Virus record (IMG/VR): IMGVR_UViG_3300030380_000249
Coordinates: 1 to 58,094 of that record
DNA length: 58,094 nucleotides
Strand: one strand, 5' to 3'
Source: a virus
Lineage: Duplodnaviria; Caudoviricetes
The notes under the pieces were generated by a model. It saw only the letters and a list, made by a program, of their open reading frames with translations. It was not told where the DNA came from and made no database searches. The translations under genes were made by a program, and so were the position numbers. Below are positions 37,697-45,471 of the stretch, piece by piece. Position 1 is the first letter of the stretch, and the number at the start of each line of letters is the position of its first letter.

Positions 37697-38070
37697 TTAA
37701 TTTGTGGATCTTGCAACAGGTGCCTAGGTCGAACAGAAAAACATGGGAATGAATGTACCCATCTAGGGCGGGTGGGTGGGCGCGCGCAGCGCCCCGTCTT
37801 GTCAAGGGGGTTGGGGCGTCAGTAATTTGACATGTTGCCCGATATTGTCCCAAGTAACCCTAATATTATTACGCCTGGCCTGGGCGACAGAGTAATTTTA
37901 TTACAAGGTTTTTTGTGCTGGTGTCAAATTGTTGACAAATAAAATGTATTTTATTTGTTGTTTGGTGTTGCATGTTGTCTCATTTTAGCTTAATGTCATA
38001 GGACATTAAGGGAAATCGGACGGCAATAGCCAAGCGACCCCAAAGCAACCTAGTCTATTGGAGGACTAAA
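37697..38070. promoter_or_regulatory. Divergent early/late control region, candidate physical genome end
   Basis: Non-coding gap between the minus-strand late arm and plus-strand early genes. Contains a G4 motif, palindromes TGTCAA-N4-TTGACA and AAATAAAAT-GT-ATTTTATTT, and AT-rich promoter-like sequence. Confidence 0.6.
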
Positions 38071-38364
38071 ATGACTAAATCACAATTTGCTCGTCGCCAT
38101 ACATATGACGCATTAACAGAAGCGGAACAGATTGCCTTCTGTAAAGAGATGCTGACGCTATGGCGCGAGACATTGGTAGGCCTACATGGCCTAAAAGATC
38201 AACACGATTTCGCAAAAGGCCAAGCTAAGTTTTGGAATTTGGAGCGAAAGGATGTTGAGAGACACGCCATTGAGGCGGGTCTCGCATATCACGATCCACA
38301 AGAGTTTGAATATGAGGCGAAAGCGGCATACACGCAAATTCGTCAGATGTTCAAGTGGAAGTGA
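38071..38364 (+). CDS. Early hypothetical protein
   Basis: Strong TGGAGGACTAAA-ATG leader. Confidence 0.7.
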   Translation: MTKSQFARRHTYDALTEAEQIAFCKEMLTLWRETLVGLHGLKDQHDFAKGQAKFWNLERKDVERHAIEAGLAYHDPQEFEYEAKAAYTQIRQMFKWK

Positions 38365-38372
38365 TAAACCTA

Positions 38373-38402
38373 GCCGCCGGCATCACGCCGGCGGCGCTTT
38401 TT
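38373..38402 (+). terminator. Intrinsic terminator
   Basis: GCCGCCGGC-ATCAC-GCCGGCGGC hairpin followed by GCTTTTT. Confidence 0.65.
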
Positions 38403-38415
38403 GGAGGACTACAAA

Positions 38416-38655
38416 ATGACTAGACCACTACCTTTCAAATGCCTAGTGGGTGACGATCCAGAAGAGGTCACGAACCCATTCAGTGGTGAGAGCGTCACCA
38501 TTCCAGCCGATGCCGTGGCCGTCTATGACGTTACCATGGGCATGAATTGGATGGCAGAGCAAAGCAACAACCCAAAGCACTGGGCGGTTGTTCGCAAAGG
38601 TCTTGATTGGTTCAGGCAATACGAACCAAAAGCCTACATGGTTCTTTTGGACTGA
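38416..38655 (+). CDS. Early hypothetical protein
   Basis: TGGAGGACTACAAA-ATG leader. NPFSGES...AVYD...GLDWF...P.AYMVLLD. Confidence 0.7.
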   Translation: MTRPLPFKCLVGDDPEEVTNPFSGESVTIPADAVAVYDVTMGMNWMAEQSNNPKHWAVVRKGLDWFRQYEPKAYMVLLD

Positions 38656-38843
38656 TGGCGGCTGTCAAACTTGGCATGATGCTAGCGGGATTATTCCTGC
38701 TAGCGTCTGCCCATCTAATCTTCGGGCTGGTGGAACCGCTCGATGATCTAGGCCATCAGGTCATGCGACTAGCCATGATCCTACACGCTGGCGCAGCCTT
38801 CTACTGCGCGGCACTACTACACATCATGCGGAGGCGGCGCTAG
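38655..38843 (+). CDS. Small early membrane protein
   Basis: TGATG overlap, two hydrophobic segments, ends inside a terminator hairpin. Confidence 0.5.
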   Translation: MAAVKLGMMLAGLFLLASAHLIFGLVEPLDDLGHQVMRLAMILHAGAAFYCAALLHIMRRRR

Positions 38844-38857
38844 CCGCCTCCCTTTTT
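38830..38857 (+). terminator. Intrinsic terminator
   Basis: GGAGGCGGC-GCTA-GCCGCCTCC followed by CTTTTT. Confidence 0.7.
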
Positions 38858-38934
38858 ATTTGCCTAGATTTTATATGCTATAGTCTTACGCCTATAGCAG
38901 AGGGCGGCGCCCTACTGGTGACTAAAGCCACCAG

Positions 38935-38978
38935 TCCCGAACCCGACCCGACCCGAAACATAGCGAACCCGACCCGAA
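38935..38978 (+). repeat. CCCGA pentamer cluster
   Basis: cccgaacccgacccgacccgaaacatagcgaacccgacccgaa. Similar clusters at 40396-40440 and 41603-41701. Confidence 0.8.
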
Positions 38979-38984
38979 CATTTA

Positions 38985-39048
38985 ATTTGTTTTGTGTTTG
39001 TTAATGTGTATAATGAGGATTCAACAACAGTCTATGGAGGACAACAAA
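38985..39048 (+). promoter_or_regulatory. Sigma70-like early promoter plus conserved leader
   Basis: T-rich TTG region, TATAAT at 39009-39014, then GAGGATTCAACAACAGTCTATGGAGGAC. Near-duplicate at 39381-39420. Confidence 0.7.
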
Positions 39049-39312
39049 ATGAATATCGTATTTATCACAGACCAAGGACATGGCTGGGGCATCGTTTCAA
39101 AAGAACAGCTTGCGGCTGCGCGGATGTCTGCGGCAGATTTCTCACAATGCTCATACCAAACGCCTAATGGTGAGATATACGCGCTGGAGGAAGATTGCGA
39201 TTTTCCAAAGTATCTGAACAAACTTGACAGCATGGGCACGAAATATGAGATCACAGATCGCTATGTTGACGAGGATCACAGAGACAATCCAAGATCATGG
39301 GATAGGATTTAG
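39049..39312 (+). CDS. Early hypothetical protein
   Basis: F.TD.GHGW...S..SY....YALEEDCD motif. Strong SD. Confidence 0.7.
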   Translation: MNIVFITDQGHGWGIVSKEQLAAARMSAADFSQCSYQTPNGEIYALEEDCDFPKYLNKLDSMGTKYEITDRYVDEDHRDNPRSWDRI

Positions 39313-39329
39313 TTCCTCCATAGGACGGA

Positions 39330-39356
39330 AAGAGCGGCAGAGATGCCGCTCTTTTT
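39330..39356 (+). terminator. Intrinsic terminator
   Basis: AAGAGCGGCA-GAGA-TGCCGCTCTT followed by a T-run. Confidence 0.75.
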
Positions 39357-39420
39357 GTTTGTGTTTAGTTTGTTATTCGATATAATGAGGATATCAACAA
39401 CAGTCTAATGGAGGACTAAA
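39357..39420 (+). promoter_or_regulatory. Sigma70-like early promoter plus conserved leader (second copy)
   Basis: TATAAT at 39381-39386, then GAGGATATCAACAACAGTCTAATGGAGGACTAAA-ATG. Confidence 0.7.
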
Positions 39421-39789
39421 ATGACTATGCTTAAATTTAAAAGCAAGGAGTTTACGCGAATGATTCAGCACATGCTGAAGAGCGAGCGCAAAATTCCTTA
39501 TGTGGACGAGACCACAGATGAATATGGTCTGTGGCTTGTTAAGGATGAGGGCATCTATGTGATGTCGCCATCGCCAGAGCGTGACATTGTCAGCAAGAAC
39601 AAGTGCCATGTTATCTATGCGCGCGGATATTCTCCGCGCGTCAAGGATTTATGGGAAAAGACTCATGCGGTAAGCGGAGACGATTTCGCAGAGTTTATCC
39701 CATTGTCTGAACAACAGATGAAACGAGTCGCATTGTTCGGTGAATTGGACATTCGTCTCACAGAAACGGAGGTATCAATCTATGCCTAA
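39421..39789 (+). CDS. DUF3085-like protein
   Basis: LWLVKDEGIYVM...YARG......GDDFAEFI signature. Confidence 0.7.
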   Translation: MTMLKFKSKEFTRMIQHMLKSERKIPYVDETTDEYGLWLVKDEGIYVMSPSPERDIVSKNKCHVIYARGYSPRVKDLWEKTHAVSGDDFAEFIPLSEQQMKRVALFGELDIRLTETEVSIYA

Positions 39790-40240
39790 TTGGTGTCAGA
39801 ATGTAATCTATGTGTCCCATGAGGACGAAAACAAGATGGTGGCGTTGAAAGACGCCATCATCAATGGCGAGATGTGCGACCATATCAAACCCATGCCAGA
39901 AGCATTGAAGGATACAACATCTCCTTCAGACTCTCCTAATTGGTATGATTGGGCGTGCGATAATTGGGGCACGAAATGGGATGTCTGTTCGCCATGGGAT
40001 ACAGATGAAATCTATAGCGATGAGAATGGCGAGACATATGTGTTCAAATTCGACACAGCATGGTCGCCACCAATTCCTGTATATGATGAGATGATTAAAC
40101 AGGGATTCCATCTGGTCGCGCGTTATGTGGAATATGGTTGCGGATACCATGGCGAATATTCTGTTGATGGGGATTTCTATCACAATGAAATACAGAACGG
40201 GGATGAGATAGACGAACATCTCCAATCTGAATACGCCTAA
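39782..40240 (+). CDS. DUF1281/YubB ferredoxin-like protein
   Basis: MPNWC.N...WYDW...NWGTKWD...F.TAWSPP signature. Confidence 0.75.
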   Translation: MPNWCQNVIYVSHEDENKMVALKDAIINGEMCDHIKPMPEALKDTTSPSDSPNWYDWACDNWGTKWDVCSPWDTDEIYSDENGETYVFKFDTAWSPPIPVYDEMIKQGFHLVARYVEYGCGYHGEYSVDGDFYHNEIQNGDEIDEHLQSEYA

Positions 40241-40337
40241 CAATGGGGAGCGCGGCAGGTGTCGCGCTCCTTCCTTTCCTTCACCAGTCCGCAGCGGATG
40301 GGCTGGCATCCTCGAGACTCGAGTGTTATATATTAGT

Positions 40338-40389
40338 TATGGTCCTCCAACCATAGACGGCGCCCTGGGCATGGCCCAGGGCGTTTTTT
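40338..40389 (+). ncRNA. Candidate small RNA or 3' UTR element: anti-SD hairpin plus terminator
   Basis: TATGGT-CCTCCA-ACCATA hairpin, then CGCCCTGGGC-ATG-GCCCAGGGCG-TTTTTT. Confidence 0.4.
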
Positions 40390-40505
40390 ATTAGTCCCGA
40401 ATCCCGAACCCGACTCGAGGCTGCTGAACCCGAACCCGAATCTTTTTATTTGTTTCCTGGTTGTTTTTAGCTTATATTTAACTTGTGAACTATGGAGGGT
40501 TACAC

Positions 40506-41108
40506 ATGTTAAAAATATCAAACATGACAGGGAAACTTGCCGGATTCAAAGCGTTGAATACAAACACGCTTACAAATCCGTATTGTCAAAAAATGAATGC
40601 TGTTGATGATGACAACATCATTTGCAAACATTGCTATAGCGTTGAGATGCTAAACGGATTGCGCAAAAATTGCGCTCCATCATGGCAACGGAACAGTGAC
40701 ACGTTGTCGGGCGGGTTGATTCCTCCGCATATGTTACCGACAATCCTAGACGCATTTTTCAGGTTTTCCGGTCATGGTGAATTGATCAACATGACCATGC
40801 TGGAAAACTTCCACAACATCACGTTGCACAACCCACATTGCTCTTTTGCCTTGTGGACAAAGCGCAAGAATTTCATTCGCAAGTTTTACAGCCAGAATGA
40901 AAAGCCGGCTAATCTGATTCTGATTTACAGCAACCCGCGAATTGACGCGGTAATGAATCAGCCGCCGGAGTTTTTTGATCGGACGTTCAACAATGTCCAC
41001 AAGGACAGCGACGTTGAGCAAAACTGCACCGGCCAAAAATGCAAGGATTGCTTGCTTTGCTACACGCAAGGCAATGGCGTCACCACCATCGTTGAGGCAG
41101 TAAAATGA
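40506..41108 (+). CDS. Gp88-like Cys-rich (Fe-S/radical-SAM-like) protein
   Basis: K...C...CxxCY...FRF..HGE...WTKR...C...C..C.LC pattern. GGAGG SD. Confidence 0.6.
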   Translation: MLKISNMTGKLAGFKALNTNTLTNPYCQKMNAVDDDNIICKHCYSVEMLNGLRKNCAPSWQRNSDTLSGGLIPPHMLPTILDAFFRFSGHGELINMTMLENFHNITLHNPHCSFALWTKRKNFIRKFYSQNEKPANLILIYSNPRIDAVMNQPPEFFDRTFNNVHKDSDVEQNCTGQKCKDCLLCYTQGNGVTTIVEAVK

Positions 41109-41374
41109 TTATTGAAACGCAACAGCAAAAGGACAGCATCATTGCTGTCCTTGAAAACATGATCGAAAACTATCACGACATGCGCGACGAGTTAGGCGAC
41201 GAGGGCGCCTATCCAAATGAAGAAGACTGCGAGATTGTCCTTGCCGACATACGCGCCGCGGGTTCGTTTCCAGTCAAACTATCGCTCCACACAACAGCCG
41301 AAGACATGTATCTCACAGCGTGGGAACAATACAACGAGTGCCGCGAGCACTGGCACGAGGTGATCACATGGTAA
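41105..41374 (+). CDS. Acidic hypothetical protein
   Basis: ATGA overlap with the upstream gene. Confidence 0.6.
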   Translation: MIIETQQQKDSIIAVLENMIENYHDMRDELGDEGAYPNEEDCEIVLADIRAAGSFPVKLSLHTTAEDMYLTAWEQYNECREHWHEVITW

Positions 41375-41526
41375 AACCAGCAATGACAAAAGAAGATATC
41401 ATCATGCACATAAAGCACATTGTCGTTGAGCAATGCGAAAAGGAACCAGAAGATCGGGATTGGTTCGCAGCCTTTGGCGCCCTAATCGACAAGATCGAAG
41501 ACAGCATAAAGGAGGAGGAGGCCTAG
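41368..41526 (+). CDS. Small hypothetical protein
   Basis: GAGGTG SD before MVKPAMTKED. Confidence 0.5.
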   Translation: MVKPAMTKEDIIMHIKHIVVEQCEKEPEDRDWFAAFGALIDKIEDSIKEEEA

Positions 41527-42032
41527 GCCTCCTCTACCTCGAGCCCAGGTTGCTGTGACCCTGGTACTGGCGCCCCAGTCCCTAGCTCCCCTAGAGCTGG
41601 ATCCCCGAATCCCGAATCCCGAAGTCCCGATAGCACTGACTCTAGGTACCCGACCCCCGCCTCCCGAATCGCGTCCCATAAGATCGACCCCGAACCCCGA
41701 AACTCGGCCCCAGCTGCCAGTCCCGACTTGGCTACGTCCAAGGCTCTCGCGCCCCGAAACAAAAATAGCTCGCCCGAAGAGAGGTGCTTAACCAAGATGA
41801 ATGACAAGCCGCCCGAACGAGAATAGGCGGTATTCCACGCTATTTGCTGTGGAGATATTCTGACACTGTTGTTTTTTGTTGTTTTTAATTCTAACCAAAA
41901 CACAAGCCCTGACCATGCTACATGTACGTCAGGTACGCCGCCACCATGGCGGTTTTCGATTCGGGTTGTATGACAGTTACTCGGCAGGTTCCTGCGAATG
42001 GTGTTCCAAAAGTTCGCCTCCGGTGTCGGCAT
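41523..42032 (-). CDS. PD-(D/E)xK nuclease, VRR-NUC/Holliday junction resolvase-like
   Basis: E..FW...RIEN..GGGVPDV......FWLELK......S.QQ..W. Confidence 0.75.
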   Translation of the reverse strand: MPTPEANFWNTIRRNLPSNCHTTRIENRHGGGVPDVHVAWSGLVFWLELKTTKNNSVRISPQQIAWNTAYSRSGGLSFILVKHLSSGELFLFRGARALDVAKSGLAAGAEFRGSGSILWDAIREAGVGYLESVLSGLRDSGFGDPALGELGTGAPVPGSQQPGLEVEEA

Positions 42033-42534
42033 CAACTACCTCCGTATATTCACCCTCAATGAACGCCTGCGGATACTCGCGCCGGAGCTGATTCAAACGA
42101 GAGGTGATCTCTTCACGCGACAGATCGTCTAGCTGATGAATGTTCTCTCGCCTATCCACTGTCAAGCCACCAAGTGCAGAGCGAATCTTTTCAGCATTGA
42201 TTGCAGCTGAGAATTGACCTGCCTCCTCGGCGCCAGACGATAATTCATGAAGACGTTTAAGCTGACCCATCACGGTCACGCCATAACGGCGTTCTCGTTC
42301 TTCACGAAGTTCTTGTATGTAATCGGTGAGGTGAGGAAACTTTTTGCCGGCTAACAGGTGCCCAGCAATAGAGGCTGCTGAGTTGGATGCATAGCCTGCC
42401 TTTCGGGCACATTCAGCGTTGGAATAGATGCCTTCAACATAGTGCCGAGCGAACTCACGCTGACGCTGGGTCAATTTGCGTCCAGTCTCGGCCTCAATGT
42501 CATCTGCAAGAATGTCTGTCTTCTTGTTACACAT
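41977..42534 (-). CDS. terS: Terminase small subunit
   Basis: LT.RQ..F...YV......A..AGYA..SA...G..LL HTH signature of small terminases, followed by SAAI.AE. Confidence 0.8.
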   Translation of the reverse strand: MCNKKTDILADDIEAETGRKLTQRQREFARHYVEGIYSNAECARKAGYASNSAASIAGHLLAGKKFPHLTDYIQELREERERRYGVTVMGQLKRLHELSSGAEEAGQFSAAINAEKIRSALGGLTVDRRENIHQLDDLSREEITSRLNQLRREYPQAFIEGEYTEVVDADTGGELLEHHSQEPAE

Positions 42535-42800
42535 GTCACACTACTACCCCATAAAAACGCTGTTTTGAAGCCCTTTTGAAAAAAGGCATTTTACCTGGAT
42601 TTTGAGATGTTGTCCTATAGTGTCTCCATACTGTGACAAGTGTGCCAAAAATGCTTAGAAGTGTGCCAAAGAAAACTCCTTGCTCCGCCTTGTGTTGAGA
42701 GGTTCTTGTCACACTTGTCACACTTGTCACACCCTATTCTAAAAAATTTTAAAAACTTTTTTCCAGCAAAAACACTGTACCAAACGTGACAAACGAGACA
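42535..42800. repeat. Cluster of TGTCACAC/GTGACA-like repeats in a divergent intergenic region
   Basis: Three tandem TTGTCACAC at 42706-42732, AGTGTGCCAAA twice (about 42639 and 42660), plus copies near 42535, 42632 and 42786. Confidence 0.75.
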
Positions 42801-42812
42801 CGGTTCTTATGT

Positions 42813-42872
42813 TGTTGCATGCTGTCTCGCTCTGTGTATAATAACAATTAAATATCAGTCTTGGAGGACGTT
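42813..42872 (+). promoter_or_regulatory. Sigma70-like promoter for the middle operon
   Basis: TTGCAT-N16-TATAAT (42815-42842), followed by the CAGTCTTGGAGGAC leader. Confidence 0.65.
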
Positions 42873-43052
42873 ATGGAAGTACAGCAAAGAATTGAGGTCC
42901 AAGGTTCACGGATCGAATACGTTGTATACTGTGACTGGTGCGCCGGTCATGGGTACGAGCCAACGCCTTATGGTGATGTCGTAGATTGCGACAAGTGTCA
43001 GGGCACATGTGTAAAGTTTCGTCATGTAATGGAGGAAGACAATGGGAACTAG
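42873..43052 (+). CDS. Small DnaJ-type zinc-finger protein
   Basis: CDWCAGHG...CDKCQGT. Confidence 0.6.
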   Translation: MEVQQRIEVQGSRIEYVVYCDWCAGHGYEPTPYGDVVDCDKCQGTCVKFRHVMEEDNGN

Positions 43053-43452
43053 AGCGATTTACATCTTTGAGGATGAGAATGAAGAAGTGTGGGCATACAA
43101 GCATTATGACAACTACCCACGCGGTGCGGCTGATTTCATTGAGAATGCCAAGGAGTTCGCATGGGAGTTGCCACGTTTTGAGGCTGACGAATTTGCTGCG
43201 GCGTTTGTTGCGGCGAACAAGAATCGGCGAGGCGGCGAGGTTCGTTTGGTGAATGCCTTGTTCAAGGATCGTGATGAGATGTTGGAGGCCAATCATTGGT
43301 GTGACTATCATTATGTGATCTCAAAGCATAACAGCCAAGATTTGTGGGTTGAGATTTGGCAGATGCGTGACACTTGGAATTGGGTTCTGATTGACGAGCT
43401 TACACATACTGAAATGAAGGAGAAATACGGTGAACGTGCTATCGCTATTTGA
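43042..43452 (+). CDS. Hypothetical protein
   Basis: MGTRA...Y.HYD.YP motif. GGAGG SD. Confidence 0.65.
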   Translation: MGTRAIYIFEDENEEVWAYKHYDNYPRGAADFIENAKEFAWELPRFEADEFAAAFVAANKNRRGGEVRLVNALFKDRDEMLEANHWCDYHYVISKHNSQDLWVEIWQMRDTWNWVLIDELTHTEMKEKYGERAIAI

Positions 43453-44512
43453 CGGAATGTCATGTGGGAGGCTGGCCTTGGAAAGGGCTGGCTTTCCTAT
43501 CACCAACTACTTTGCCAGCGAGATTGACAAGTATGCGATTGAGGTGGCGAGGGCCAACTATCCTGACACGGTGCATCTGGGTGATGTGACCACAGTGGGT
43601 ACAAAACATGGTCGTCTTTTTTATGAGGATGAAAACGGTGTTGGGTGTGGCGCGGACATTGATCTGCTGATTGGCGGCTCGCCTTGTCAGGGATTTTCGT
43701 TTGCTGGCAAGCAACTCAACTTTGACGACCCGCGTTCCAAGCTCTTCTTTGAGTTCGTGCGGCTGTTGAAAGCGTTGAAGCCAAAGTATTTCCTGTTGGA
43801 GAACGTCAATATGAAGAAAGAATATCAGGACGTTATATCTGACCTTCTGGGATGCAAGCCTGTGGACATCAACTCAAACCGTGTAAGCGCGCAGAATCGG
43901 CGCCGTTTGTATTGGACGAACATTCCAGTCAAGTCTTTGCCGGAGAACAAGCATGTCTATTTGAAGGACATCTTGGAGGATGGGTTCACGGATCGGGATA
44001 AGTCGCATTGCATTGACGCGAACTACTTCAAGGGCGGCAATCTGAAATCGTATTTTCAGAAGAACCGCCGCCAGCTTGTGTTTGATTTTGACGATCAGAC
44101 GGAAGACGGATTGCAGTTGGCTGGCGAGGCAGACCTAAAGGGTCACGGCTACAATCGCCGCGTCTATCATCCGGATGGCAAAGCACCAAGTTTGTGTGCG
44201 GCATCTGGTGGCAATCTGGAGCCTAAGATTCTTCAAGTTGCGAGGGGCAAGAACCAAGGCGGCATCAAGGCGGACGATGGGAAGGTTCCCACGTTGAGCG
44301 GATCGTCATGGGAGCATAACAATTTCTTGGCAGTTGACGGTATGAAGTGGCGCAAGCTCACGCCCGTTGAATGTGAGCGATTGCAGACCGTGCCGGATGG
44401 ATACACGGATCATGTGTCGAACACCCAGCGTTATCGGATGTTAGGCAACGGCTGGACCGTTGATGTGATCTGTCATTTGCTGGAGGGCATGAGGGATGTT
44501 GCCCATCAGTAG
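43430..44512 (+). CDS. DNA (cytosine-5) methyltransferase
   Basis: Motif I LFDGMSCG, IV GGSPCQGFS, VI LLENV, VIII QNRRRLYW, IX/X ECERLQT..D.Y and LGNGW. Confidence 0.93.
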   Translation: MNVLSLFDGMSCGRLALERAGFPITNYFASEIDKYAIEVARANYPDTVHLGDVTTVGTKHGRLFYEDENGVGCGADIDLLIGGSPCQGFSFAGKQLNFDDPRSKLFFEFVRLLKALKPKYFLLENVNMKKEYQDVISDLLGCKPVDINSNRVSAQNRRRLYWTNIPVKSLPENKHVYLKDILEDGFTDRDKSHCIDANYFKGGNLKSYFQKNRRQLVFDFDDQTEDGLQLAGEADLKGHGYNRRVYHPDGKAPSLCAASGGNLEPKILQVARGKNQGGIKADDGKVPTLSGSSWEHNNFLAVDGMKWRKLTPVECERLQTVPDGYTDHVSNTQRYRMLGNGWTVDVICHLLEGMRDVAHQ

Positions 44513-44601
44513 GTGCCACAAGTGTGGCGAGAAGGCTGATGCAAAGGATGGTAACGATCTGCTTTGCACAGAATGTTGGTTCAAAATCTACGGAGGTAGA
44601 A

Positions 44602-44781
44602 ATGGGAAAAGTAAAAGCATGGGTCATGAACATGGAGGAGGACGCCATCGACATGACCGTGGAAGCATGGTGCGAGAAGCATGGAGAAAGTCTGATTGAG
44701 CTTTACCATGAGACGCGGCGCAAGCATGCAGGTTTGATCAACGAAGGACCGGACGGTCCACCGGAGGATGATGATGAGTGA
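44602..44781 (+). CDS. Small hypothetical protein
   Basis: GGAGG SD before MGKVKAW. Confidence 0.6.
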   Translation: MGKVKAWVMNMEEDAIDMTVEAWCEKHGESLIELYHETRRKHAGLINEGPDGPPEDDDE

Positions 44782-45058
44782 CATGGACTGGACATTGAGC
44801 TTCCTGTCGGAGGTGGCAGGTCAGATCACAACGTCATCAGGTGAGGGCAGCACGACACGTTTGTTTGCGTGGGCATCTCCGGAGGTGGCTAATTATTGGC
44901 TGTTTTACATTGTGGATGACAACGGAAAACAGGTTGTGAGGATTGTGTCATTCATTGCTCCGCACCCGCAGTTGTATTCTGTGATTGGTTACTGCAAGTA
45001 CCATGGCATTCAATGTGAGGTGGACGAGAGTCTGCCGGAGGAGGATGACGATGAGTAG
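44768..45058 (+). CDS. Hypothetical protein
   Basis: GGAGG SD. Packed in the operon. Confidence 0.5.
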   Translation: MMMSDMDWTLSFLSEVAGQITTSSGEGSTTRLFAWASPEVANYWLFYIVDDNGKQVVRIVSFIAPHPQLYSVIGYCKYHGIQCEVDESLPEEDDDE

Positions 45059-45278
45059 AGTTCATGGGAGTCCGGCGGATCGCGGCTCGGCGGACGCATA
45101 TTATAGGCGCCGTCCTGCTCCGCATTACGATCAGGTGCAGGAAAACGGATCGATGAAGCGCATCGAGCGCGAGGATATGACGGACGAGCAGGTCCAAGAT
45201 TACCTCCGCGCCTATGAAAACGAGGATGACCGCAAGGATTGGGGCGGTCCAGAGCTGGAGGACAACTATGATAGTTAA
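45051..45278 (+). CDS. Hypothetical protein
   Basis: HGSP.DRG.ADAYY.R...PHY...KDWG motif. GGAGGAGG SD. Confidence 0.65.
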   Translation: MSRVHGSPADRGSADAYYRRRPAPHYDQVQENGSMKRIEREDMTDEQVQDYLRAYENEDDRKDWGGPELEDNYDS

Positions 45279-45471
45279 GGCAATGGCCTTGGTGTGCACG
45301 GTGTTCGCAGGCGGTGAGAGCAAATGCGAGACCGAATTTTATCATCGCACATTCGATAGCGTGCAGGCTTGTACGACGCAGCTGACTCAGTGGCGGTTTT
45401 ATGAACTGCCTCGGAACAAGAAGATTGTTCTGGATGATTGTGTGATAACAAGCTATAAACATGAAGAATGA
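45268..45471 (+). CDS. Small Cys-containing exported/membrane protein
   Basis: GGAGG SD, hydrophobic N-terminus, C...C...FDS...C...C pattern. Confidence 0.5.
   Translation: MIVKAMALVCTVFAGGESKCETEFYHRTFDSVQACTTQLTQWRFYELPRNKKIVLDDCVITSYKHEE

Noticed and set aside
38860-38940. tRNA gene
   Set aside because: Hairpins are present, but there is no acceptor stem, T-loop GTTC motif or correct cloverleaf spacing.
38935-42732. CRISPR or mini-array interpretation of the short repeats
   Set aside because: Repeats are 5-11 nt, without regular 30-40 nt spacers, and no cas genes are present.
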